DNA of 64,000 nucleotides. Origin: Octopus vulgaris. Its lineage: Eukaryota. The notes under the pieces are model-generated. The model made no database searches, had not been told where the DNA came from, and worked only from the letters and a program-made list of their open reading frames with translations. Position 1 is the first letter of the stretch, and every line of letters begins with the position of its first letter. The stretch covers positions 24,552,001 through 24,616,000 of the forward strand of contig OX597831.1 in the NCBI GenBank assembly GCA_951406725.2. Reading direction: 5' to 3'. The position numbers and the translations under genes were made by a program. Positions 13,911 to 28,820 of this stretch are shown here, piece by piece.

Positions 13911-14197
13911 TATATATACCTCTATGATTTACAAGTATTGCTGTCTGTGGAGTTATATTGTAGTCAGAAGAATTAGCTGTCCTTGACTGCTATTTCTAAA
14001 TTTTTGGTATGTGGTAAAGCAACATTTTGCTAAACCCTTAATTATATCTATAATTATAAAAAAAATTTTCGTATAAGTTCTTACCGATAATGGTTTTTTT
14101 TTCCATACCGAAGCTACTTGGTAAAATTTGTTAATTATTAAATTAATAATTCTATACCCTATATCTATAATATATAATATAATATATATATATATAT

Positions 14198-14588
14198 AGG
14201 CGCAGGAGTGGCTGTGTGGTAAGTAGCTTGTTTACCAACCACATGGTTCCGGGTTCAGTCCCACTGCGTGGCACCTTGGGCAAGTGTCTTTTACTATAGT
14301 CTCGGGCCTACCGATTTGGTAGACGGAAACTGAAAGAAGCCTGTCATATATATGTATATATATATATATGTGTGTGTGTTTGCGTGTCTGTGTTTGTCCC
14401 CCTAGCATTGCTTGACAACCGATGCTGGTGTGTTTATGTCCCCGTTACTTAGCGGTTCGGCAAAAGAGACCGATAGAATAAGTACTGGGCTTACAAAAGA
14501 ATAAGTCCCTGGGTCGAGTTGCTCGATTAAAGGCGGTGCTCCAGCATGGCCGCAGTCAAATGACTGAAACAAGTAAAAGAGTAAAAGA

Positions 14589-14590
<2 letters not shown>
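14198..14590 (+). mobile_element. SINE family A, near full length, between TA tracts
   Basis: Family A head and tail. Confidence 0.9.
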
Positions 14591-14629
<39 letters not shown>

Positions 14630-15327
14630 TATACTCACAACAGCTCACAAATAGCTATGCACATGGAAAGTACTGCATTGAGTCACACACATGGAAACAT
14701 GTGCCTACATGCATGCACATATATGCATACATGTGCAGGCAGGTATCTGCCAACACGTTGACATGCTCGTAGACATAAATTATCTCGGATACATATCTTC
14801 AGACTGCAACCAACACGTGCAGATGCACACATAAGTATGTGTGTGTGTCTATTATGTAATATTTGTGCTTGTGTGTGTGTGTATGTTTGTGTGTCTATAT
14901 GTGTATGGGTATCTCCATGTGTCCGTGTGTATGTGTGTGTATACATGTGTGCATGTATGTGTGCATATGTATGTGTGTGTATACATGTGTAGATACATGC
15001 ATGTGTATGGGTATCTGTATATGCCTGTATGTGGGTGTATGCATGTGTGTATGTATTTGTGCATATGTATGTCTGTGTCCATACATGTGTAGATTCATGT
15101 GTATATGTGCATACATAAATGTGTATATATATGTGTGTATATATGTGTGTATGTATTTGTGCAAATATATGTGTACATATGCATATATGTGTTTCTGTGT
15201 GAGTATATATATATGCATAAATATGTGTCTATGCATATGTGTCTATGCATATGTGTCTATGCATATGTATATATATATATGTATGTGTGTGTGTGTAGTT
15301 TGTGCATATATATATATATATAGGTAT

Positions 15328-15499
15328 AGGCGCAGGAGTGGCTGTATGGTAAGTAGCTTGCTTGCCAACCACATGGTTCCGGGTTCAGTCCCACTGCGTG
15401 GCACCTTGGGAAAGTGTCTCCTACTATAGCCTCGGGCCAACCAAAGCCTTGTGAGTTGATTTGGTAGACGGAAACTGAAAGAAGCCTGTCGTATATATG

Positions 15500-15531
<32 letters not shown>

Positions 15532-15731
15532 CGTGTTTGTCCCCCTAGCATTGCTTGACAACCGATGCTGGTGTGTTTATGTCCCCATCACTTAGCGGTT
15601 CGACAAAAGAGACCTATAGAATAAGTACTTGGCTTACAAAGAATAAGTCCCGGGGTCGAGTTGCTCGACTAAAGGCGGTGCTCCAGCATGGCCGCAGTCA
15701 AATGACTGAAACAAGTAAAAGAGTAAAAGAG
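15328..15731 (+). mobile_element. SINE family A (duplication unit 1)
   Basis: Full length. Confidence 0.9.
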
Positions 15732-16105
15732 ATGTGTGTGTTTGGTATGTATGTATGTATGTATGTGTGTGAGTGCATTTGATATATTTAATTACAGAAG
15801 CACGCGCACACACACACACACACAGGTATAAATTTATAGAAGGTCTCTCTCACATAAACGCATGGAGTCTCTATGCAGTGATTCAAGTTCCTATTTATAG
15901 CAGTCACTTGTCCCTCTGCCTGCATTCTGCCGTTTTATAAAAAGAAACACACCAAGTTTTGTAGCCCAAAATATTCTGCCCAGCAGTGCAAATCAGGACG
16001 ATCATAGCTCAGAACATGTCCTATCATAGGTTGGTCTAGCTCAGGACATCCTTATAACAGCAACATCACTATGTATGTATGTGTGTGTGTGTGTGTGTAT
16101 AAATA

Positions 16106-16137
<32 letters not shown>

Positions 16138-16302
16138 AATATATGTATAAAATATATATGTATGTATACATATATATGTATATAAATATATATATATATA
16201 TGTATGTATGTATACATATATATGTATATAAATATATATATATATGTATGCATACATATATATATGTATATAAATATATATATGTATGTATACATATATA
16301 TG

Positions 16303-16379
<77 letters not shown>

Positions 16380-16559
16380 ATGTGTCTGTTTATATATACT
16401 GTGTTGATACATGATCCCCTTTTGAGATATAGACATAACTATTCAAATAAATAGATAGTACACATTGGAGGATGTTTGTGTGTATGTATGTATATTCATA
16501 TACACACACATTGTCTCTGGAAATTGAAGAACTACTAGCAAGCATATTTGAATGTGTGC

Positions 16560-16677
<118 letters not shown>

Positions 16678-17478
16678 ATATAGTTTTCATCCTTTCCTGA
16701 GTATATTGTATAGCATCATCATCATCTTTTAACATATGTTTTTCTTGCTGGCTTGGGTTGGACATATGTAAATGTATAATTCTTAATTGCACATGTACAC
16801 AATCACAAACTCACAACAGCTCACAAATAGCTATGCACATGGAAAGTACTGCATTGAGTCACACACATGGAAACATGTGCCTACATGCATGCACATATAT
16901 GCATACATGTGCAGGCAGGCATCTGCCAACACGTTGACATGCTCGTAGACATAAATTATCTCGGATACATATCTTCAGACTGCAACCAACACGTGCAGAT
17001 GCACACATAGGTATGTGTGTGTGTCTATTATGTAACATTTATGCATGTGTGTGTGTGTATGTTTGTGTGTCTATATGTGTATGTGTATCTGTATGTGTCC
17101 GTGTGTATGTGTGTGTATACATGTGTGCATGTATGTGTGCATATGTATGTGTGTGTATACATGTGGTGTAGATACATGCATGTGTATGGGTATCTGTATA
17201 TGCCTGTATGTGGGTGTATGCATGTGTGTATGTATTTGTGCATATGTATGTCTGTGTCCATACATGTGTAGATTCATGTGTATATGTGCATACATAAATG
17301 TGCATATATATGTGTGTATATATGTGTGTATGTATTTGTGCAAATATATGTGTACATATGCATATATGTGTTTCTGTGTGAGTATATATATATGCATAAA
17401 TATGTGTCTATGCATATGTGTCTATGCATATGTATGTGTGTGTGTGTAGTTTGTGCATATATATATATATATAGGTAT

Positions 17479-17650
17479 AGGCGCAGGAGTGGCTGTATGG
17501 TAAGTAGCTTGCTTGCCAACCACATGGTTCCGGGTTCAGTCCCACTGCGTGGCACCTTGGGAAAGTGTCTTCTACTATAGCCTCGGGCCAACCAAAGCCT
17601 TGTGAATTGATTTGGTAGACGGAAACTGAAAGAAGCCCGTCGTATATATG

Positions 17651-17682
<32 letters not shown>

Positions 17683-17883
17683 CGTGTTTGTCCCCCTAGC
17701 ATTGCTTGACAACCGATGCTGGTGTGTTTATGTCCCCGTCACTTAGCGGTTCGACAAAAGAGACCTATAGAATAAGTACTGGGCTTACAAAGAATAAGTC
17801 CCGGGGTCGAGTTGCTCGACTAAAGGCGGTGCTCCAGCATGGCCGCAGTCAAATGACTGAAACAAGTAAAAGAGTAAAAGAGA
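17479..17883 (+). mobile_element. SINE family A (duplication unit 2)
   Basis: Full length, near-identical to 15328-15731. Confidence 0.9.
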
Positions 17884-18455
17884 TGTGTGTGTTTGGTATG
17901 TATGTATGTATGTGTGTGAGTGCATTTGATATATTTAATTACAGAAGCACGTGCACACACACACACACACACACACACATGTATAAATTTATAGAAGGTC
18001 TCTCTCACATAAACGCATGGAGTCTCTATGCAGTGATTCAAGTTCCTATTTATAGCAGTCACTTGTCCCTCTGCCTGCATTCTGCCGTTTTATAAAAAGA
18101 AACACACCAAGTTTTGTAGCCCAAAATATTCTGCCCAGCAGCGCAAGTCAGGACGATCATAGCTCAGAACATGTCCTATCATAGGTTGGTCTAGCTCAGG
18201 ACATCCTTATAACAGCAACATCACTATGTATGTATGTGTGTGTGTGTGTGTGTATAAATATATATGTGTATATATATATATATATATATAAATATATGTA
18301 TAAAATATATATGTATGTATACATATATATGTATATAAATATATATATATATATGTATGTATGTATACATATATATGTATATAAATATATATATATATGT
18401 ATGCATACATATATATATGTATATAAATATATATATGTATGTATACATATATATG

Positions 18456-18536
<81 letters not shown>

Positions 18537-18713
18537 TGTCTGTTTATATATACTGTGTTGATACATGATCCCCTTTTGAGATATAGACATAACTATTCAA
18601 ATAAATAGATAGTACACATTGGAGGATGTTTGTGTGTATGTATGTATATTCATATACACACACATTGTCTCTGGAAATTGAAGAACTACTAGCAAGCATA
18701 TTTGAATGTGTGC

Positions 18714-18827
<114 letters not shown>

Positions 18828-19659
18828 ATATAGTTTTCATCCTTTCCTGAGTATATTGTATAGCATCATCATCATCTTTTAACATATGTTTTTCTTGCTG
18901 GCTTGGGTTGGACATATGTAAATGTATAATTCTTAATTGCACATGTACACAATCACAAACATTTTACAGACATGTAAATACACACACACACACACACACA
19001 TGCGTGCACACCCGCACATCTTAAAACATTTCTATGAATACTTCTACAACTGATTTAAGATTTACTCATACACACAGACATACACGGGTATGTATCAACA
19101 TACATCTGGCATGTGTACAGAAACACGTACATTCACACATTCACATGCTCAGACACGAGCTTCCTGTCACATATGCATTAAGGTATAGCAAAGTGTGTAT
19201 ATGTGATACATATGTATATGTGTTTAGTCTGTGTGTTGACAGATGTGTGTATCATAAATGCATATGGCTGTGAGTGTGAGTTTGCTTGCGTGGGTGGATT
19301 GAAAAAGAGAGAGAGTGAGAGAGAGTATGAGCTTTGTATGGCAGAGGTGTTACTATGACATTTTACATCCTGTCACCAACACATACTGAGATATTTCGTG
19401 TCAAAAGAATAGGCTGTAAAAGCTCAGTCTGTTTAGCTGTTCGTGGGAACCACATGTTAGTATGATATAACTGCTGAAGGTGGCATGAGTAGAATATTCT
19501 TCAGAATTTGCCAACTTTATTTTGTTTACAGTGTCATGTCCGTCCTATAAAGGAAAGAAAGAGATTTGGAAAGGGCGTAGTTTGACTCGTATACCCGAAA
19601 GAACTTTTGTGGTTACTGGTTGTCAGGGGCCTCCAGGGTTTTGATGACTGCTATATGTG

Positions 19660-20195
19660 GTCAGGCAGCAGGTCAACAAATTGGCTAAGAGACCGGAACC
19701 ACTCATTGCACAGGTAAAATGATGAAAGCTTGCTTGGTACGGTCATGGGTCCTACGACAACTCCCAGTCCAAGTCCATTCTTCAGGGCACAATTGAGAAC
19801 AACAGAGAAAATCCTGGTTCGACAACATTAAGGACCAGATAGGCCACAATAGAGAGAACCTGCTATGCATGACAGAGAGCAGATACCAGTAGCTAAAGGT
19901 TGCTATGAAAGCATCAAGAGTGGCACTTCAGCAACTGGCTGTACTATTTAACCCTTTTGTTACCAATCCGCCTGAGACCACCTCTGGTTTTGTAGTACAA
20001 ATGTCTTGTTTGCAAAAGTTTTGAATTAAAACCTTCCACCAAACTTTAGTCACAATTTATGTTCCAAACACTAGCTTAATGATAACTAAGTTATTTTACT
20101 AAATTCTTTGTTATATTTAATTTAATTGAAAGAAACTGAGAGCATCTCAACAGAAATATGGTAACAAAAGGGTAAGGGATCCTGATGATGATGAT
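19660..20195 (+). pseudogene. Decayed RTE-clade (BovB-like) LINE, RT C-terminal region and (GAT)n tail
   Basis: Translates VRQQVNKLAKRPEPLIAQVK**KLAWYGH..SKSILQGTIE..RKSWFDNIKD, resembling the RTE motif KRRKLxWFGH..KxILQGT..RKxWxDNIK; a MITE sits before the tail. Confidence 0.75.
19948..20175. mobile_element. piggyBac-like MITE family 1
   Basis: Perfect 14-bp TIR CCCTTTTGTTACCA / TGGTAACAAAAGGG (19952-20172); left TTAA. Confidence 0.85.
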
Positions 20196-20759
20196 ACGTG
20201 GTCCACATTTTTTATCTTTTATTAAAAAAAAAATGGGGAGCACAAGCACAGAATGCCAGAAGGATGAGATAGTTATTTAGAATAAGTCGCTAAGTCTCCC
20301 ATAGGATATTAGGCTTGTTTGAGTTGGATTAATATCTCTACATCCAGTGTGTGGTCTTTGGAAATGATGCCACCCTAGGTAAATTGTTGCTGTTGTAAGA
20401 TATGGGGGAGGAGGGATGTTAGTGTCATTTGCTATCTACTGCAAACCTCATGCAAGCAAAGACATACTTGCATATATTTGCATATATTATCAATGAAGGT
20501 TTACCCTCTATAGTCCTATGCAAAATGTTTGGCTAGAAGTATTTTGATGAAAGCTCTGCCCTATTAGGAATGCCTTGGGGTGAAACAATTACTGCATCTA
20601 TACAATAAAGTTGAAATGACAAAATGGACAAAACGTGTGTGTGTATATATGTGTGTGTGTGTGTGTGTATATATATGTGTTTATGTGTATATATACATGT
20701 GTGTGTGTGTGTATATATATATATGTGTGTATGTATATATATATATGTATGTGTGTATA

Positions 20760-20802
<43 letters not shown>

Positions 20803-20825
20803 GTGCGCGTACACACACACATATA

Positions 20826-20941
20826 TATATCTTTTAAATTTGTTTACAGGAACCGTTTTGCATATGCAAATAAAGCTTTTATTCCATTATTCTGGCCACA
20901 GTCGAATGATGCTGACTGGTGAACCAGTTTTTTGGGGTTGA
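20826..20941 (+). repeat. Dispersed ~115-bp repeat containing ATGCAAAT
   Basis: Inverted homolog at 47796-47910. Confidence 0.7.
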
Positions 20942-21599
20942 ACTTAAGAGACATGTGCTTGTGGAAATGCATGTAGCAAAGCATTAGATGTTAATAAATT
21001 CCATCCAAGGATTATTGTTATTATTATCACATATATCTATATATATAATAACAATTTAATAAATAAAACACATGCATACATACATATATGTACATACCTA
21101 CATCTATTATATGTATATATACATGCATATATGAGTACAGGACACCACAAATAAACGTAGAAAACAACGAGAAACGAAAACATAAAATCAAACAAGGAAA
21201 CGGACTTTTTTTATCAACGAAAAAACAAGAGTACAAGACAAACAATACAAGGAATATTCCCCTTCATCAGCTGCCCCTGTTTTGACTCAATGCGTGTTTC
21301 GAAGGTAAGGGCAGAACACGATCTTGTCGAAGCAGTCCTTCCTGCAAAATGAATTTTAAAAAATTCTTTTGCAGAAGGGTAAAACAAGTGACAAGAACAG
21401 GACGTAAAAGCAATACAAATGAAGAAAAAACAATACAAATAAAGAATAACAGGACAAGGAAACCAACAGTAAGGGCTATTTTTAAGCCTATAAATATATA
21501 TATATCTACACACACATACACATAGTCTCTCTGTGTCTCTCATATACACACAGTGTGTGTGAGTGTATGAGAGACAGAGTGAGTGAGAGAGATACATTT

Positions 21600-21990
21600 C
21601 TATACCCTTTATCTTTTACTTCTTTCATTAGACTGCTTCCATGCTGAAACATTACCTTCAATTTTAGTCAAACAAATCGAACCCAGGACTTATTCTTTTA
21701 AGCCTAGTACTTACTTTGCTGGTTTCATTTTCTCACACAGTAAGATACGGAGATGTAAACACACCAACAACAGTTGTCCAGCAGTGGTGGAAAAGGACAC
21801 ACACTCACACATACACACACACAAGGCAGGTTTCTTTGTTTTAGGGTATAGTAGAAGACATTTGCCCCAGGTGCCATGCAGTGAATCTGGACCCCAACTT
21901 CTCTGTTTTACTCTTTTACTTGTTTCAGTCATTTTGACTGTGGCCATGCTGGAGCACTGCCTTTAGTGACTGGGAAGCAAACTTCTCCCT
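21600..21990 (-). mobile_element. SINE family A, degenerate and rearranged
   Basis: A second tail fragment (21905-21967) lies inside the head region. Confidence 0.7.
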
Positions 21991-22596
21991 GCATAGTTGA
22001 TATTAGTTTTGATTTGGGCTTCAAGATTGACTGATCAGCTTACTCAACCAGGCTGAGGAGTTGAATAAAATATTCAGTGAAACCTGATGGTCAGTCAGTT
22101 AATCCATCATATATCTAACGTAAATTTTAGTCCTGAACCCCCATCCATTAAACAGGTTCCCTTGTAATTCTTATAATTCCTGGAAAATAGCATCCTAGAA
22201 ATTAACATTTGTCATCAACATCAATATTATCTCCATTATCACCATCATTTTACATCTGCTTTCTATATTGGTATAGGTTGTGTTGATAAGCACCAATTGA
22301 TTTAGTTCTTTTGGGAATCAACTACCCTTATAGCTTGTTTTCCGTGGTTGGCTGCCCATCATATTGCCAACCAAGCAAAGTGTACTGGGTTTGTTTTTAC
22401 CATGGTACCAACACTAATGAAGTAGCCTGGTGTTCTGTAATGCTGAAAATTCTTACTGCTCTATAATGTGTTTTTTTCTCTGAAGAAATGGGACGAAAAG
22501 GTGAATAATAGAAAGAGAGAGATGACAGAAAATCTAGGATCAAGATGGCTTTTCTATAAGCCAAGTAATAATCTTCTTTCTCTCTCGCTCTCTGTA

Positions 22597-22633
<37 letters not shown>

Positions 22634-22901
22634 CTCTATCTCTCTATCTCTCTATCTATCTATCTATCTGTCTGTCTGTCTGTCTGTCTGTCTGTATGTA
22701 TGTCTGTATGTCTGTATGTATGTATGTATGTATGTGTGTATGTACATACATATGTATGGCCTTATTGAACTATTGACAAGACTATCCAATCTTATACATT
22801 GTTAGTTACAATATGCTTCCATTCTTCCCTTGATTGTGTCATTCTCTTCCATTTAGGTTCAAATTTTTGACTGTCATCTTCTTTTCATCTTGGAGGTCTT
22901 C

Positions 22902-23030
22902 CAAATGGTCTCCTCCAATCTTTTGGAAAACACCTAACAAATGGTCTCTAATCTTTTGGAAAACCCCTGACATATGTTCTCTTCCAATCTTTTGGTAACA
23001 CTTGAGAAATGGTCTCCTCCAGTCTTTTTG
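22902..23030. repeat. Minisatellite, ~3.7 units of 33-36 bp
   Basis: caaatggtctcctccaatcttttggaaaacacct repeated. Confidence 0.8.
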
Positions 23031-23379
23031 CTTGCCCTCCTTTGCCCTTGCACACAAGTCAGACAAACTACTTTGGGCATTTACAGAAAAAGGAAGAATA
23101 GTTATAAGCTATGAGTCAGAGAGACATGGAAAAATCCATGCTAGGAATATCATTGCTAGGGCATATCTGAAACAAGGTAATTTGAGAATATATTATCACC
23201 ACACACACATATCTGTCTGTGTGTCTATCTATCTATCCAGCCAACAATCGCTATGTCAGTTTCTTAAATTGCATAATCATTGATTCCTGTTTCATATAAT
23301 GTATTACCAGTTTTGATCAAGATATCACCATATACCAGTCTGGAGATCTTTTGCAGCCATCTCATCAGGTTGGGCTTGA

Positions 23380-23775
23380 TTTGGCAGCCTTTGGGAAGGT
23401 GGAAAAACCTCATGAGAAGTCCTGAGGCTTCCATGAAAATTAAAGGAAAGATCCTGCTTGTGATGATTTGTGGCAGTGAAGCATGGGCTCTCAAAACTAC
23501 CATCATGAACGGCCTGATTGTAGCCCAATGGGAAATGGAATAAGTGATGCTTGGCATCACATTGCAGGATGAGAAAACCAATGCCTAGATACATTCGAGT
23601 GGTGCCATATGGACAATCAAAGAGAACAAATATAGATGAGCTGACCATGGCTGTGTGGTAAGTATATTGCTTACCAACCTCATGGTTCCAGGTTCAGTAC
23701 CACTGTGTGGCACCTTGGGCAAGTGTATTCTTGTGAGTGGATTTGGTAGATGGAAACTGAAAGAAGCCCGTCGTA

Positions 23776-23836
<61 letters not shown>

Positions 23837-24275
23837 ATACGTTTGTGTGTCTGTGTTTGCCCCCCCACATCACTTGACAACCGACGTTGGTGTGTTTACG
23901 TCCCCGTAACTTAGCGGTTCAGCAATAGAGACTGATAGAATAAGTACTAGGCTTACAAAGAATGAGTCCTGGTGTCGATTTGCTCGACTAAAGACGATGC
24001 TCCAGCATGGCCGCAGTCAAATGAATGAAACGAGTAAAAGAGTAAAGGAGATATTGCTCAACTAAAGGACAACAGGTGGACAATCAAGGGGATGGAATGG
24101 TTGCCACGACAATAGAGAAGATGAAGAGGCTGACTAAGGACAAGATGGATAGATGATGTTACCCACTATATGGGTCCTGCATAACCACAACTGGCTAGAG
24201 ACAGACAATGGAAGAAGGAGTCCAGAGAAGAGTTCCTCTTTTAGAAGTGATGAAGCCCTGGTTGAGGTTGAGATT
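23380..24275 (+). pseudogene. Decayed RTE-clade LINE RT C-terminal region, split by a SINE
   Basis: ILLVMICGSEAWAL..AQWEME*VMLGITLQD and, after the SINE, IAQLKDNRWT..EWLPR..RG..TRWIDDV, resembling RTE YGSETW..AQRAMERxMLGI..DNRWT..W.PR..RGRP..RW.DD. Confidence 0.8.
23645..24050 (+). mobile_element. SINE family A inserted in the RTE relic
   Basis: Family A sequence; the LINE resumes after it. Confidence 0.85.
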
Positions 24276-25302
24276 ATTACACAAACACACACACAAATAT
24301 GTGCATGCACACACATACACATTTATGATGCATGATGTTGACAGTGATGATGATAGTGGTACCTGCTCATTAATCCTTTATTTAAGCAACAAATATGTGA
24401 ACTAATTTTTATGAGTAAATTTTGAAAAAAATTCTTTGTAAATTCTTGTTTGTTGTGGTTTCACCCCAAGCTGACTGTAAACAAGGAGACCTGCAATCAA
24501 AGCAACCCTTTTTTTTTTTTAAGATTACACACCCAATGTCATTTTTAATATTCTTCTACCCTGAGAGATGATACTTTCTTTTCTCCCAAACTACTATATT
24601 TATAACCTGTTCTTTCACAGACTTAAAGGTGTGATTTGATGAAGATTTAACTGCTATTTCTAGCAGGTTGAATTGTTAATAGGTTCCTTTATATAATATT
24701 GAAATAAATTACAAAATTATAACTACAATGTTAGAAACAAAAAATTATTTTAACCGATTATCTCCTTAAAATACTAAGGAATTACAGAAAAACCGATTAG
24801 CAATGTGATGAAAATAAAATTTAATCGTGAATTTTAACGATGCATAGAGTGAGTGTGTACAAACACAGGTTGCGGAGTGTGTATATATTTATATATATAT
24901 GTGTGAGTATGAATTAGTAGTACAGAGAAATTGCGTTTAAATTCAAACATTACAAGTAAAGCAGGATTAAAGATAGACAGTAGTTTTAAAGTAACCAGGT
25001 AACACACGCGCGTATGCACATGCTCTGTTGTCACCAGAATGAAAGGAGGGATGTGAGGAAACTCTGAGTAAAGCCAGAATGATTCATTAGATTGAAATAA
25101 AGGAAATAATTTCTACTGTATGTGTTGATTGCTTTACTCCTGTTTATATTCTCATGCCAAACCATTTAAAGGATAAATATAAATTGTGTGTGTGTATGTG
25201 TGTTTATGCCTGTGTTTATAAAACAGTGAAAGATTATGTAAGTGTTTAATAATAATAATAATAATAATAATAATTATTATTATTATTATTATTATTACAA
25301 GT

Positions 25303-25520
25303 GAAGGTGGTGAGGTGGTGGAATCGTTACCACATTGGATGAAATGCTTTGTGAGCTTTTCCTCTGACTTTATGTTCTGGGTTCAAATCCTGATGAGGAC
25401 GACTTTGCTTTTTATCCTTTCAAGGGTTGGTAAAATAAGGACATCAGTTAAGCACTGGGGTTGAAGTAATCAACTTACCCCACCTTTGAAATTGCTGGCC
25501 TTGTGCTAAAATTCTGAAAC
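25303..25520 (+). mobile_element. SINE family B, degenerate
   Basis: gaatcgttac...gggttcaaatcc...gactttgcttt..atcctttc...cactggggtt. Confidence 0.7.
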
Positions 25521-25706
25521 TAATGATTATTATTATTATAATTTATCTTGTAATAATTATCTTGTAATAATTATCTTGTAATCAATATATGTGTTTAATT
25601 GTTCGGATACACACACACACACACACAAACATTGACAGAGAAATAAAAATAAAATGTAAAACTCAGAGTAGCAATGTAAGGAAATATCTGCTCTATAAAT
25701 GAATAA

Positions 25707-25748
<42 letters not shown>

Positions 25749-25853
25749 TGTGCGTGTGTATCTATCTATTCATCTCTCGCTATATATATATTTAATATAT
25801 ATATGTATGTATGAATGTGTGTGTATCTCTTTCTCTCTCTCTCAATATATATA

Positions 25854-25897
<44 letters not shown>

Positions 25898-25970
25898 GTA
25901 TGAATGTATGTGTATCTATCTAGCTATCTTTCTCCCTCCCTCTCTCTCTCTATCTATCTATATGTGTGTG

Positions 25971-26010
<40 letters not shown>

Positions 26011-26044
26011 TGTATGTGTATCTATCTAGCTATCCCTCTCTCTC

Positions 26045-26075
<31 letters not shown>

Positions 26076-26600
26076 ATATACACATATTATTTTTCTCACA
26101 TTTCTAAATCCAAACTCATATATATTTATGTGTGTGTGTGCGTGTGTGTGTGTGTTTGTGGATAGAGAGAGTGAGTGAGAGAGAGAGAGTGTGTATGTCA
26201 TCAAAGAGATGATGCCACACCCAGTATGTGGACAGCAATACCTGATGACAGGCACTAAGCACCAAGCAAAGAACAGTGCTGCCAGACTGCTCAGGAGTGC
26301 AACAGGTGGCTAACAGTTGTTCTGCAAGCAACAGCAGCGAGGTATTACATGGCGAAAGGATGTGTTTGAGTGTGTGTGTGTAAGTGTGTGTGAGTGTGTG
26401 TGTGTGTGTGGTCTGTAGGTGGGGAGTGACTAAAGGAATGAAAGAGGTGTATTGCTCAGACTGTGTACGAGAGGTTAAGAGGTGAGGAGGAGGAGGAGGA
26501 TGTGAGGATTGAATAACGAGTATTATTCAATGTGTACATATGTATGAGGAAGAGATAGAGAGAGAGAGAGGGAAAAATAGTGTGTGTGTGTGTATGATTA

Positions 26601-26637
<37 letters not shown>

Positions 26638-26779
26638 TTATATGTGTGTGAATGTGAGGGATGGACAGAGGTGGAGAGTTTGTGTGGGGAAATAGAAAAG
26701 GAGGCCTTTTCGTCGTCGAAGTGTGATAAAAAGAAATAGATATGTGAGGAAGAATGTGCGTGAATTTGAGAGAGAAACA

Positions 26780-27150
26780 GAGAGAGAGGAGAGAAGAGAG
26801 GAGGAGAGTATAGGAAGAGAGAAAGAGAGAGAGGAGGAGAGTATAGGAAGAGAGAAAGAGAGAGAGGAGAGAAGAGAGGAGGAGAGTATAGGAAGAGAGA
26901 AAGGGAGAGAGAGGAGAGAAGAGAGGAGGAGAGTATAGGAAGAGAGAAAGAGAGAGAGGAGAGAAGCGAGGTGGAGAGTATAGGAAGAGAGAAAGAGAGA
27001 GAGGAGAGAGGAGGAGAGAAGAGAGGAGGAGAGTATAGGAAGAGAGAAATAGAGAGAGGAGAGAAGAGAGGAGGAGAGTACAGGAAGAGAGAAAGGGAGA
27101 GAAGAGAGGAGGAGAATATAGGAAGAGAGTAAAAGAGAGGGAGAGAGAGA
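26780..27150. repeat. Polypurine GA-rich minisatellite (~30-45-bp units)
   Basis: gagaggaggagagtataggaagagagaaag repeated about 8 times. Confidence 0.9.
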
Positions 27151-27249
27151 TTGTGCGTATTTGTGTAAGAAGAGAGGGAAAGTATGTGTGTATGCGTAAG
27201 TCTCTGAAATACTGAATTTTTGTGAATATTTGATATGAAAAAGACAGTG

Positions 27250-27625
<376 letters not shown>

Positions 27626-27869
27626 GAGAGAGAAAGAGAGAGAATAAGGAGAACAGGTAAGTGCCTGTGTATGTGGGTGTGTAAAAAGAGAGAATGTGTG
27701 TGCTAAGATGCAATATAAAATGTTAGAAGTTGTTTAGTGAAGTTAATGAGCTTGATAGCTAAATAGATAGACTATAAGATATATATAGGGAGGTGGAGAT
27801 AAATAATTAGTCACTACACTCATACATATACACACATGTATTTATATATGTATTTATGTATATATACTT

Positions 27870-27907
<38 letters not shown>

Positions 27908-28389
27908 GGGTAAGTGGGTGGTAGATATATTGTAATTTATAGATAAATAACTGAACAGATAGATGGATGGTTGAATGGACAGTTAAAAATGTTAAAATGT
28001 ATTTATAGAGTATTGGAGGGAGTGGCTATGAAATTCTTGACAAACTTACAGGTAGCTCAAGTAAAAAGGTGAAAGACGGAGAAGGTGTGTGTGAGGGAAA
28101 GATAGAAGCAGTGTAGGGGAATCGTTTATAGAAAAGGATGGAGTGTGTGTGCAAAAAATGCGATGAAGTGTATGTATGTGTGTGTGTGTGTATGTATGTG
28201 TGTGTGAGTGAGAGGGAGAGAGAGAGGGTGAGAGTGTGGGGATGAGGGGATGAGGGGCTGGGTGAGGAAGAAGAGGACAAGTTGAGACCAGCTGCTTGCT
28301 CCTGTGATTAAACCCAGGCGTCGTTAACTACCCGGCTGTCACCTTCGTTTTTACTATTTGCACTGACTAGTTTGTAGCATCTCACCAGT

Positions 28390-28582
28390 AGTAACAGCAA
28401 CAATGACAGCAGCATCAGCATCAGTAGTATCATCAGCATCATCATCATCATCATCATCACCAGCATCAGCATCAGCATCAGCAGTCCTTTGCAGCATCGA
28501 TGGCTGAAGTGGTGAGATTGGCTGCAGCGGTAGCGATGATGACAGTGACAGTGACAGCAGCCGCATCACCACCACCACCACC

Positions 28583-28640
<58 letters not shown>

Positions 28641-28660
28641 GTACCACCACCACCACCACC

Positions 28661-28694
<34 letters not shown>

Positions 28695-28820
28695 TCATCA
28701 TCACCATCACCGTCACCGTCATTGTCATCGTTATCATTGACAGCAATAGTGTCATCAACAGCTGCAATAGCAGCAGCAGCCGCAGCAGCAGCAGCAGCGG
28801 TAGCGTCGTCAACAGCGGCA
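28390..28820. repeat. Compound CAG/CAT/CAC trinucleotide tract
   Basis: Two (CAC)n(CAT)n blocks flanked by CAG-rich runs. Confidence 0.9.

Noticed and set aside
14080-14126. ttacc-GATAA...GAAG...ggtaa hammerhead-like layout
   Set aside because: The core deviates at too many positions to support.
20541-20595. TTGATGA...GAAACAATT hammerhead-like motif
   Set aside because: C3 is changed, stem II is mismatched and no convincing stem I exists; at best a decayed copy.
21250-21315. Permuted hammerhead-like motif on minus (GAAAC...CTGATGA)
   Set aside because: Core halves are present but no stem I can be formed between them; probably a repeat fragment.
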